The position numbers and the translations under genes are program-made. A DNA stretch of 64,000 nt from NCBI RefSeq assembly GCF_006345805.1, contig NC_043000.1, forward strand, positions 159,836,001 to 159,900,000. The letters run 5' to 3'. The DNA comes from Octopus sinensis (lineage: Eukaryota). The notes beneath the pieces were generated by a model, which was not told the DNA's origin, did no database searches, and worked only from the letters and a program-made list of their open reading frames with translations. The stretch's first letter is position 1, and each line of letters begins with the position of its first letter. This document shows, one piece after another, positions 53,373 to 64,000 of this stretch.

Positions 53373-53920
53373 AGAGAATGAAAGAGAGAAAGAGAGCAAG
53401 AATGAGAAAGAGGCGTATGTACATAACTACACACAGCCATACACACAGTCACAACGGTTTATTTTTAATTCACAATGGTTTCTTTGGTCACGCTTAATAG
53501 CATCCAAAGATGAAAGACAAGTCAACTCTCGAACAGAGTTCCGAAGTTTGGCTGAAATCTGTCAACAATGGAACTAAAAAAAACATTAAAATTCAATGCT
53601 ATACTTTGCAATTTCCTACCATTTTGACTGGTACCACTAATGATCTCTAGGGCCTGTTGTATCAACATAGATCTATGATACGTCAGGTTTTGAAAGATAA
53701 GTCAATTTTGGACATAACAAGATAGAGTTTTGGTGAAAGGAACCAAGCTCGGTGTTCGATACTAAATTAACAAGTCCCGACTTGTCATTTTCTTAAAGCC
53801 AGAAGTTAATAGACATTCTCGATGAAAAGATTATTAACTCTGATATTAGTTATCAATTAACTAAGAAACATGCATTATATTGGAGAATACTCATTAGTGA
53901 AGCATATCCCAAATGTCTCA

Positions 53921-54245
53921 TGGCTCAGTGATTCGAGTATCGGACTCACAATCCTGAGGTGGTGAGTTCGATTCCCAGATCGAGCTATGTGTTGAGCTCT
54001 TAAGCAAGATACTTTACTTCACATTGCTTCAGTCTACTCAGCTGTAGAAATGAGCTGCGACGTCACTGGTGCCAAGATGTATCGGCCTTTGCCTTTCCCT
54101 CGGACAACATCAGTAGCGTGGAGAGGGAAGGCTGGTATGCATGAGTGACTGCTGGTCTTCCATAAACAATCTTACTCGGACTTGCCCCTCGGAAGGAAAC
54201 TTTCAAGGTGCAATCCCATACTATTTCATGACCGAAGGGGGCCCT
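53921..54245 (+). mobile_element. tRNA-derived SINE, family C
   Basis: TGGCTCAGTG..GAGTTCGATTCCC head; body colinear with the reverse complement of 60236-60572. Confidence 0.88.
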
Positions 54246-55204
54246 TCTTTCTCCAAGAAGCAGACCTTTTAAATGTCATGCATCACCAAGCAACAATCAC
54301 CTAAGTTAACCATTGTTAGTTATGTAATATTGTCGTTACATATGTTCTCACCGTTCTCGTGTAGTACCGGAGTCACTTTGACTAAACAGATCTGGCACAA
54401 CTGTACAAAGGTTAGCCAGCCGAAAGACTTAGCATTACACACAGATATGTAGTTCCCGCTACATCTTGCATCGTCCTAGGTGAGAATCATTCTGTAAATT
54501 CAAGTCTTCAGAGATAAATACAGTAGGGTATGTATGCTCTTTTCTCTCCATTTTTTCCTTGGCGCTTGTACTTCATTGAGATGCTCTTAGCTGCGTTCGC
54601 AAAGCCTTCTAGGATTACACACCGGATCTCATTAAAACTTGATACTTCCGTTTCAAAAAGGGATATACTGGATGTAGTAATTCTGAATAGTGTTACTGCA
54701 GCTTACAACGGTAAACGATACCTATTCATAGGCAGCGTTACTATAATAGTGACTTGTATTTACAACTGCAGTGAATTTCAAGTAGACTTAAAAGTTTGCA
54801 TCTATTATTTCACTTTCACACCATGAAAAGCGTCGGAGCAAGTGTGTTGAGTAAAAATTACCCACAGTTATTACGAACAATTTTTATTTATTGCAAACAG
54901 CTGATGCACATATCTACGGTTAAAAAAAACAAACCCCAAAACTTTCCAACGTCATAATGACAGTGACATCATGCAGCTGTCACAGATGTCTATGAATTTC
55001 AAGCTATTTTACTGAAGAAATATGCAAAGGCTAATGGATGGCTCTGGCGATAGACAGCTGATATATTTTTTGATACTTCCATTATTATTTACACCCCAGT
55101 TTGCTACCCATGATTATCTCATGTGATTCCCGAGCTTAATGCATCTAACCTCACGTTTTGTAGGGTTCCCTTTAAAATGACAAGATAGGAGGTTATTTAA
55201 TGGA

Positions 55205-55616
55205 AGGCGGCGATCTGGCAGAAACGTTAGCACGCCGGGCGAAATGCGTAGCCGTATTTCGTCTGCCGTTACGTTCTGAGTTCAAATTCCGCCGAGGTCG
55301 ACTTTGTCTTTCATCCATTCGGAGTCGATAAATTAAGTACCAGTTACGCCCTGCGGTCGATATAAGTGACTTAATCCGTTTGTCTGTCCTTGTTTGTTCT
55401 CTCTGTGTTTAGCTCCTTGTGAGTAGTAAAGAAATAGGTATTTCTTCTGCCGTACGTTCTGAGTTCAAATTCCGCCGAGGTGGACTTTGCCTTTCATCCT
55501 TTCGGGTTCGATTGAATAAGTACCAGTTATGCACTGGGGTCGATATAATCGACTTAATCCGTTTGCCTGTCCTTGTTTGTCCTCTTTGTGTTTAGCCTCT
55601 TGTGGGTAGTAAAGAA
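55205..55616 (+). mobile_element. Dimeric family B SINE (full unit plus 5'-truncated unit) with a 20-bp TSD
   Basis: ATAGGAGGTTATTTAATGGA at 55185-55204 and 55617-55636; second unit begins at GTATTTC, about 55438. Confidence 0.92.
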
Positions 55617-56199
55617 ATAGGAGGTTATTTAATGGATTCTTTTTTTCTCTGAGTCATAAAATCCTGTGATTAATCAAAGATACCACTAGAAATTATACAC
55701 TAAATGCATATATGAAAATTATCAAAACAAAAATAGTTTTATAATGACTAAATATCACGTCTTAAGACAGGATTCACCAACTTACTCAACTCTAGTAGAC
55801 GTTGTATTTTTAGCAAGATCAATATATGTGAACAAAATAGCAAAAGGTATTTAAAACAGCTACACATCTCCAACAATGAGAAATAATAATTAAAATCTCT
55901 ATAGTGAATGACACATAACTCTATAGAGAAGGAATAGGAACATTTTTTATTACAAATATTGTGAAAGAGTATAAAATAGGAGATGATAACATAAATTTGC
56001 AACATCTCCAGGTCTAAGCATTCTTATATGATGACGACGTTCTCTGCATCTTAGGTTCGATTCCACTGCATTCAAGGGAAGTCACTTCCATTATAGTTTC
56101 TTATATTTTTGAGGGTGGAATTCGATTGACGGAAGAGTGTAGAATCTTGTCGTATATATATAATTTTATTTATCTTCTAAACAGTAATGTAGAGTGTTC

Positions 56200-56466
56200 G
56201 GTCCCTTCATGGTTTGTGTGGCATTAATATTCTTCGCACGTTCCGTGGTGTCGTTGCCTTTATCGAACTCATAAAATAAAATATGCCTAATATGCTCCTT
56301 TGTCATTTCCATTATAGTTTCCCTCTTCAAAACGTGGACTAAGAATAGGTAGAAGGTAAAATTACTACCTGCTCTTATGGCAAGTTGATGCAGGTAGTTT
56401 ATCCTGTCCCCTCCGACTTTAAGTTCATGCACTTGAAAGAACTGCATTATTTATGGGATGACCTAA
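56200..56466 (-). pseudogene. Mariner 5' end: TIR plus transposase N-terminus
   Basis: TA|TTAGGTCATCCCATAAATAATGCAG TIR. MEMTKEHIRHILFYEFDKGNDTTERAKNINA from 56312 resembles the Hsmar1-type N-terminus. Confidence 0.85.
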
Positions 56467-57814
56467 TAAATAAATAAATAAATGAATAAATAAATAAATA
56501 CACACACACACATAATATTAGGGAGCATAATTCCACGAGTTTTTATAAACGCTTAAAAAGACGTTTCCCGTTTTGAAACTTTTTAATTAATGACACGCGT
56601 GTTGAGAGATAAACTTTTTTATTTAAGAAAAATTATTGTATTCTATATAACTATTGATTGTTAAATTTGAATTTATAATTTTTTTTATTTGTTAATGATA
56701 ACTTAGATATGTACATTTATTTAATGTACATTAGATTATAATTATTATATCTGAATGTAAAATTTAAGATATTAGTCACTTTCCAATATAGATCGTAAAA
56801 ATGTTTTTGATAATAGTAATAATAAGTATTTAAAAAAGATAGACTATACGTTTTTAATTTGAATTTTTCAATTTTTAAATTGTATTTCATAAATATTTTC
56901 TATAGATATCTATAATATGTAAGTATGGAAGTAATAATGGACTAATTTATTTTTGGTTATATGTTTATACATTTATTGATAGAAAAAAAATTAGATTTTA
57001 ATAACTATATTTGTTGATTATAATTTAGACACATATTTTTATGTATTTATTATTTTATAATTATTATATGCGAACTAAAATCTATAAATATTAATAGTCA
57101 TTATTTTGTTAAATAATTTGGTAATTAAATATTGGAGAATAACTGAATTAAAGATATTCTATAGTTTATTAATGTTTTTTAAGCTAATTTTATCTTCACA
57201 GACAAATACATATTTCTATCTATTTACGTTACTTTTTTAACCTTAAATATTTAATATTTAACATAATAAATGTGTTGTAGAAAATGATCCTAATGTTTTA
57301 AGTTTCAAATTTAGTTAATAGACTTTCTTCTATAAGATAAATTATTATTTTATTTATTTTTTAAATAAATATTGTTTAACTCTATTTGCTTATTCATTTA
57401 ACTATTATTTCTAACCTGAAGATTGACTATAATTTTAAATTGAATTCATTTCAATTAAAATTAAATTTAGTTGTATTTCGAATTTAATTGTAGCCTTGAA
57501 ACGCACATTGTTTTTTTAACTTTATGTATTGATTATTCATTTTTATACTTTTTGAGATCTAGGTATATGTTTTATAAAAATATATTTTATTTCTTATGTT
57601 TTAGTTTATGTCTATCACTGTTTGAGTTGCATAATAGTGGTTTTATCTCTAATTTATATTTTATACATACACACACAGATATATATATATATATATATAT
57701 ATAACATGACAATTTATTTTCGAACGCAGAATGACCATTAGAACAGTAGAAACTTTGGGTAAATTAACCTCATAAATCGGAAAAATTTGTCAACAACTAC
57801 TCATGATTGGAAGC

Positions 57815-57990
57815 CATGGTTTTAATTCGTGGACTAGTGATTTGTATTCTTGAGCACAATACTTCATTTCACATTACTCCAGTCCACTCCTTTGTAAATG
57901 AGTAACTCTGCAATGGACTGACATTCCATTTAAGGGGAATTTTATAATTTCAGTTACTTAATATGCCATAGAAACTGAATAACTTGTCCT
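57815..57990 (+). mobile_element. Diverged SINE with a family C-like core
   Basis: GTATTCTTGAGCAC..ACTTCATTTCACATTACTCCAGTCCACTC..GTAAATGAG. Confidence 0.55.
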
Positions 57991-58139
57991 GTGAGTCCTC
58001 AGACTCAGGTCAGTAGAGGTATTGACGATTATGATGATTATGCTGGCGCTCTTAACCCCATAGACTGACCATATCTATCTTTATATATATATGTGTGTAT
58101 GTATATGTATATTTATATGTATATACATGTATATATATA

Positions 58140-58186
<47 letters not shown>

Positions 58187-58230
58187 GTATGTACATATAT
58201 GTATATATATGTGTGCATATATATATATAT

Positions 58231-58264
<34 letters not shown>

Positions 58265-58377
58265 TTATATATATATATATATAATATATATATATGTATA
58301 TATATATATGTATGTACATATATGTATATATATGTGTGCATATATATATATATGTATATATGTGTATGTATATATAA

Positions 58378-58428
<51 letters not shown>

Positions 58429-58585
58429 GGATCCTTATCTCCATTCATTGGAGAGATTAAATGTGATATAGAGAAGTAAGTGAACTTCCTTCATCTACGA
58501 TTCGAGTCGCCACACTAATGAAAAACAATGGGGTTCTCAGAAGAATTCTGTTTACGTTTTGGAACTAAGAAAGAACTAATCAACA

Positions 58586-58637
<52 letters not shown>

Positions 58638-59624
58638 ACACACGTATCTATACGTGTGAATGTTCATATATACTAGGTCAATGACTTTGGGAATTTTTGT
58701 TAATGATATCGTCCTTGTGTTTCAAAGTTGCCTTTGGAACATAGATTTAAAGAGAAGAAATACAGGATTATATATATAGGGTTTCTCCACTGTTTGAGTT
58801 CTCTAAATTTCATCAGCAAGTTATTTGTTAACCCGAAGCCATAAAAGGAAAAAAACAAACAAACAAAAAAACAGAAAAGTGCTGCGGTAGCAATGTTTTG
58901 AGATTGAAATAGGTTCAGCACAATAGTCAACCAAACTTCATATTCAGACAGTCATGCCTTCAATTGATAACCAGACGCAGAAATAAAATGAACATTAATT
59001 CGAGGAATCATAATAGAGAAATAAGAAAACAAACGAAACCAAGAAATAAACAGTAAAAGATTTTCCAATAAATTTTAAATCCAGTATTAACACACACACT
59101 GTGCAAATTATATATATATGATAGATAGATATGGCCAGAATTACAAGAGAAAAATAGAGAGAGAAAGGTGTAATGAAGAGGACTAGAAACAGGTAAATAA
59201 GATAGATACATTTATTTATACGCAAGCCCACACAAACTTGAATACGTACCTCTCTGTGTGTAGAACACACAAGCCGATACTTCTAAATAGTAAACTTTAC
59301 ATTCAGTATAAAGTGTGATGCACACTTTGTAAGTATGTGTTTGTATGTAATCTCTTAATCTACCTATCTGTACGCATGCGTTTGTATTATATATATGTGT
59401 GTGGAGGGGTGCATGTATGTGTCTATGTACGTATGTATATTGCGGGCTAATATACAGACATAGTAACCATCAATGAATTACAGAGACAGCTTTTCTCCAG
59501 ATAATAACGTAAAAATTGGTTTTGGCAGATGCAGTTACACTAGAGATATTACCAAAGAAAAGTTTACAACACAATGTCGGTCTATAGGGAGCTGTTTGAT
59601 TCTTGCTGTGCTGTTGTTTCAGCT

Positions 59625-59774
59625 GTTGTTGTTGTTGTTGTAGTTGTTGCTGAGAATCATGCTGTTGTTGTTGGTGGTGGTGATGCTGCTATCGTGTTGT
59701 TTGCTGTCGTTACTGTATAGCCTTTGGATGATGCGCAGTTAAATCTACTACTGTTACTAGAACTGATGTAATAG

Positions 59775-59805
<31 letters not shown>

Positions 59806-60008
59806 CACGACGACGACGACGACAACAACCACCAACACCACTACTACCACGACCACCACCACCACCACCACTACTACTACTACTACTGCCACGACCACGA
59901 CGACGACCACCACCACCATCACCAGCACCACGACGACGACGACGACGGCCACCACCACCACTGCTGCTGCTGCTGCTGCTGCTACTACTACTACTACTAC
60001 TACTACTG
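59625..60008. repeat. Mosaic trinucleotide arrays (GTT; CTA, CGA, CCA, CTG)
   Basis: Directly visible. Confidence 0.9.
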
Positions 60009-60235
60009 TTGTATATCTTGCTTGCGAATGAATCGCTATACAGTATAACGACTACTGATATTGTCTTCTTTCTTGTTATTGATCAACAATAGCAAGGACA
60101 AATAGAAGCAAAATGTGTTTTTACTGGATTACTCAACCTGCTCGAAATAGCAGCTAATTTCACTGAAATAATAGCCCACCGCCCTGTAAAGGGAATGATA
60201 CATTGTAAAATGTAGGTTTTTCATATAGTGACATA

Positions 60236-60572
60236 GTGACCCCCTTCGGTCAGACACTGACCATGGGTTTGCACCTAGAGAGTTACTCTCTGAGGCACAA
60301 GTCTGGGCAAGGTTGTTTCATGGAAGACCAGCAGTCGCCCATGCATACCGGCCTCCCCTCTCCACGTCACCGATGTTGTCCAAGGGAAAGGCAAGGGCCG
60401 ATACAGCTTGGCACCTGTGACGTCGCAACTCATTTCTACAGCCGAGTGAACTGGAGCAACGTGAAATAAACTGTCTTGCTCAAGAACACAACACGCAGCC
60501 CGGTCCGGGTTCGGGCTCACAACCTCACGATCGTAAGCTCGACGCTCTAACCACTGAGCCACGCGCCTTCAC
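60236..60572 (-). mobile_element. tRNA-derived SINE, family C, full length
   Basis: Minus-strand GGCGCGTGGCTCAGTGGTTAGAGCG head, GTGTTCTTGAGCAAGAC core-like segment and GACCGAAGGGGGTC tail. Confidence 0.9.
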
Positions 60573-62340
60573 GAGGTTTTCATATAGGAAATATGAAACA
60601 GAATGGTTTACGATTGGAATGACTTCGATAATAAGCTTGCTGAGTCATGACCGACCTGAAAATAACAATAACAACTGACTGTAGTGTTCTTTATCGTATT
60701 GTCGTATATTTTTGTAGTGTTTATCGTTTTCAGAAAAGAGCAATAAATTCAAGTGATGGATTTATGTATTCGCTGGTTTTATGGATTTTAACATATGCCT
60801 TTTGACGCATTTGGCAGTTGTAATCAGTTCTATACAAGGTGATGTCCAACGCAAACATGTCAACACTCTTTGGCATTCATGAGACGCCGAACTATATTTT
60901 TTTACGATATATTTGACTAATCTCATGGGGCATTCTAATTGCTGTTTAGCAAACCTGAGCACCAAACTGTTAATCCGTTAAACGTTTATTAATGAAGTAA
61001 ACACTTAATGATTTAACTTTTAAGTTAACTTTGGAAATCATTGTCTGACTAATTAACTTCCGTTACATTTAACTTCAGTTAATCAGTTAATGGATCTTTG
61101 TGGTTTTCGTCACTGTTTACAATTACCATTAAAAAAAAATTATATCTCATATAGATGTAATCTTTGATGAATCCAAATTTGTCATTCATTTATTCAAGAA
61201 AATATGTGCTAAAATGTTATCGGTGTTCAAAGTTTGATAATTTTCAGAATTTTCAACCTATCAGAAAACAGCGTGTTCGCTGCCCTTCCATTATCAGGGT
61301 GTGGGGCATCGGTATGTCAAAACATTAAACTAGCTACAGGAAACTAACCAATAGGAGTTGCTAGAAATAACAGCCAAACATTAAAATATACACGAGCAAA
61401 GTTAGCATTAAAACATTCGCGAGCAAATTAAATATTTTAAAGCAGACGTTCGTTCAAAAATTTCAAGAACGAAAGTTTGCAATACACTCTAGGATTTTAT
61501 TAAATAAATTATCTTTCACATATCTCCTTCTCCACACAAATTCACAATTATAACAGTCAACCATGGAACGATGTGTCCCACACCGGCGTTTGTTTCCGAC
61601 ACTCCTTGTCCGCATGTGTAGCATCTTTGATTACTATAGGAACTATGTAAAATACTCGCGTTTGGTTACCATGGAAACAGATGTGTCAAATACTCGCTTC
61701 TCTGGACTAAAATACCCAAATTTTGCAAATTTTAAAGGTTAATAGCTTTTCAATTAGGAAGTTATAGGAAAAATGAAATTCATTTTCATAGTTAGTATAC
61801 AACACTTAATCCTTATACTAAATTTGAAAACATTTGGAACAAATTTGCAAACAGTGACGAAAACCAGAAAGATCCCAGACATAGTAACCATCAGTGAATT
61901 ACAGAGACAGCTTTTCTCCAGATAATAACATAAAAATTGGTTTTATCAGATGCAGTGACACTAGAGATATTACCAGAGAAAAGTTTACAATACAATGTCG
62001 GTCTATAGGGAACTGTTTCAACTGTTGTTGTTGTTGTAGTTACTGAGAATCATATTGCTGGTGATGATCCCAGTTGAAAAAAAAAAATATAGCAGAAGTT
62101 ATCGATAAAGCGTAAACCTTAATTTTTATTATAGAAAAAATAATTAGTTTTTGCTCTAAAACCACTTAAAAAGACCTTTTTGGGCTTTTTAGAATCCCAA
62201 AGCTATAATTTTTTGTTCTTTTGCTTTAGAGTTAAAAAATGCTGATTTTATAGTTTTAACTTTTAAAAGACCTAAAAAAGACTGATTTCCTAAGTTTTTT
62301 TTTAGGTTTTTAAAGGCTTTTAGAGCTACGAAGGGGTAAA

Positions 62341-62600
62341 AAGAATGCAGTTTTCAAGAGAACCTACAGGGCTGCCGTGGCCAAGGCACGTGCCCTCTGG
62401 AACCAGCAAGATCGCAGTAGTGTGACAGCAGACAGGATCTACACTGTGGTGGGGAAGAGGCTGGTGGTTCCCAACATGGCGTGGTTCAACTCCACCTCTG
62501 TCTCTGTGCGCATGCTAATTTTTATGAAGGACAACATGCATCTCAAGAGCAAAATGGAGAACGAGAGCAACAAAAAATTAATTATGCATACATTATGTTT
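62341..62600 (+). pseudogene. hAT-family transposase fragment
   Basis: YRAAVAKARALWNQQDRS..RLVVPNMAWFNST resembles the LWNK..RS..L..PN.TRWNS segment of hAT/ZBED transposases. Confidence 0.6.
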
Positions 62601-62640
62601 TTCATTTAAAAAGAAATGTTTACGGTCACTTTATTATTTT

Positions 62641-62998
62641 ATTCTTTTACTTGTTTCAGTCCTTTGACTGCGGCCATGCTGGTGCACCGCCTTTTAGTCG
62701 AGCAAATCGAACCCTAGTACTTATTCTATAGGTCACTTTTGCCGAGCCGCTAAGCTACGGGGACAGAAACACACCAGCATCGGTTGTCAAGCGATGTTGG
62801 GGTGACAAACACAGACACACAAACACATATACATACATATACGACGGGCTTATTCCAGTTTCTGTCTACCAAATCAGCTCACAAGGCTTTGGTCGGCCCG
62901 AGGCTATAGTAGAAGACACTTGCCCAACGTGCCACGCAGTGGAACTGAACCCAAAACCATGTGGTTGGTAAGCAAACTACTTACCACACAGCCACTCC
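62641..62998 (-). mobile_element. SINE family A copy
   Basis: Reverse complement of 357-748. Confidence 0.9.
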
Positions 62999-63224
62999 TA
63001 TTTATCAATAAACCTTTTTAGTTTAATGCTAATATTGTTTTATTTATTTTTTAATATCTTTTCCTGGCTCTAAATGCATGTAAAAACCTTTAAAAGGTTT
63101 AAATTATGAAATAGCCCTGTTAATCACCATGTTAATACTAATTGAGCAGGTGTATGTCCAAATATCTTCTACTCGTGCCCATTCTATCTTTTATTTCGCC
63201 TGACATTTTGTACCTAGGATAATA

Positions 63225-64000
63225 TTATTCAGTGTGTCTTTTTATACAAGGTGTGATTTTGTAAAGACATTACTAATATTTTTACATATTTAGCAGTGTG
63301 AGCCACAGTGAATAATCTTATTGTATCATTATCATATAATATTCTTTGAAAGGGTGAGCTTTCAGAATCTTTACCATAAAGTTTGAAGTCATCCATGAAT
63401 AACAAATGGTTCACTTTTTGTTGGCGGCTTTTGAATACATACCCAGCTTTTGCTTTGCTCAGAATCAGTGTTAACGGTATCAAGCACAGTACTAAGACCA
63501 GTGGGGACAGACTGTCCCTTTGGAAGATGACCCTCCTAATTTCTACTGTCCTTAAGCTTCTTCCGTATGCCGTCAGGTCCCTCCTCCAATTCTTTTTGGA
63601 TGATGCGCTCTACATTCGATGCAATACCAAATAGGTTCATACACTCCATACTCCAAGAATGTGGGATCATATCGTACGCCTTATAATAGTCTATCCATGA
63701 CATGAATAAGTTACTTTTCCTCCTCTTGCAGTCTCTAAGTACAGTTTTGTCTATCAGGAGTTGATCCTTGGTATCTCTGCACTTACGCTGGCAACACTTC
63801 TGCTCATGTTGCAGGACTCCATTTTTTTCCCAGATGTTTGTACATTGACTCTTCGACTATTCCACTCAATAACTTCCACATAAGTGACAAACAGGATATC
63901 GGCCTGTAATTGTCTACCGTATTACCCTTTTCAATGTTTTTCAGGCAAAGCACTGTCCTACCTAATGTCAACCACTCTGGTGTTATTTGGTCGGCATTTA
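63225..64000 (-). pseudogene. Dong/R4-clade LINE reverse transcriptase fragment, running off the window edge
   Basis: [33 protein letters not shown] and VNHLLFMDDFKLY are RT motifs of R4/Dong-type elements. Confidence 0.85.

Noticed and set aside
54530-54826. 98-aa ORF and nearby GTGAGA donor
   Set aside because: No consistent exon frame and no recognisable domain.
60500-60572. tRNA-like sequences here and at 47410-47487, 53921-53990 and the SINE A heads
   Set aside because: A and B boxes are present, but each continues into a multicopy SINE body without a proper acceptor stem.

Overview
AT-rich, microsatellite-dense eukaryotic DNA. The SINE families and (TA)n/(CATA)n/(TATC)n arrays look like an octopus (cephalopod) genome; this is inferred from family recognition and was not checked against a database. 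I found no intact protein-coding gene, rRNA, true tRNA or CRISPR array. Most ORF-track entries are translations of microsatellites. The window is mostly a transposon graveyard. It holds five tRNA-derived or RTE-tailed SINE families and several non-autonomous Helitrons, one of which carries an open PIF1 helicase fragment. It also holds decayed Tc1/mariner (DD34D and DD37D/maT-like), hAT, Penelope, CR1 and Dong/R4 remnants, an ORF1-only LINE inserted into a SINE A-box, and a MITE with an 8-bp TSD. The main unexplained signal is a set of minimal type I hammerhead-ribozyme folds with non-canonical cores in Penelope-like terminal repeats. One has a swapped G3:C8 pair, one has U at position 6, and they share an extra purine between A9 and stem II. 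Four long near-perfect palindromes have symmetry axes inside or next to such motifs; two of them centre exactly on the AATATT stem-III palindrome. Coordinates of decayed elements are approximate.
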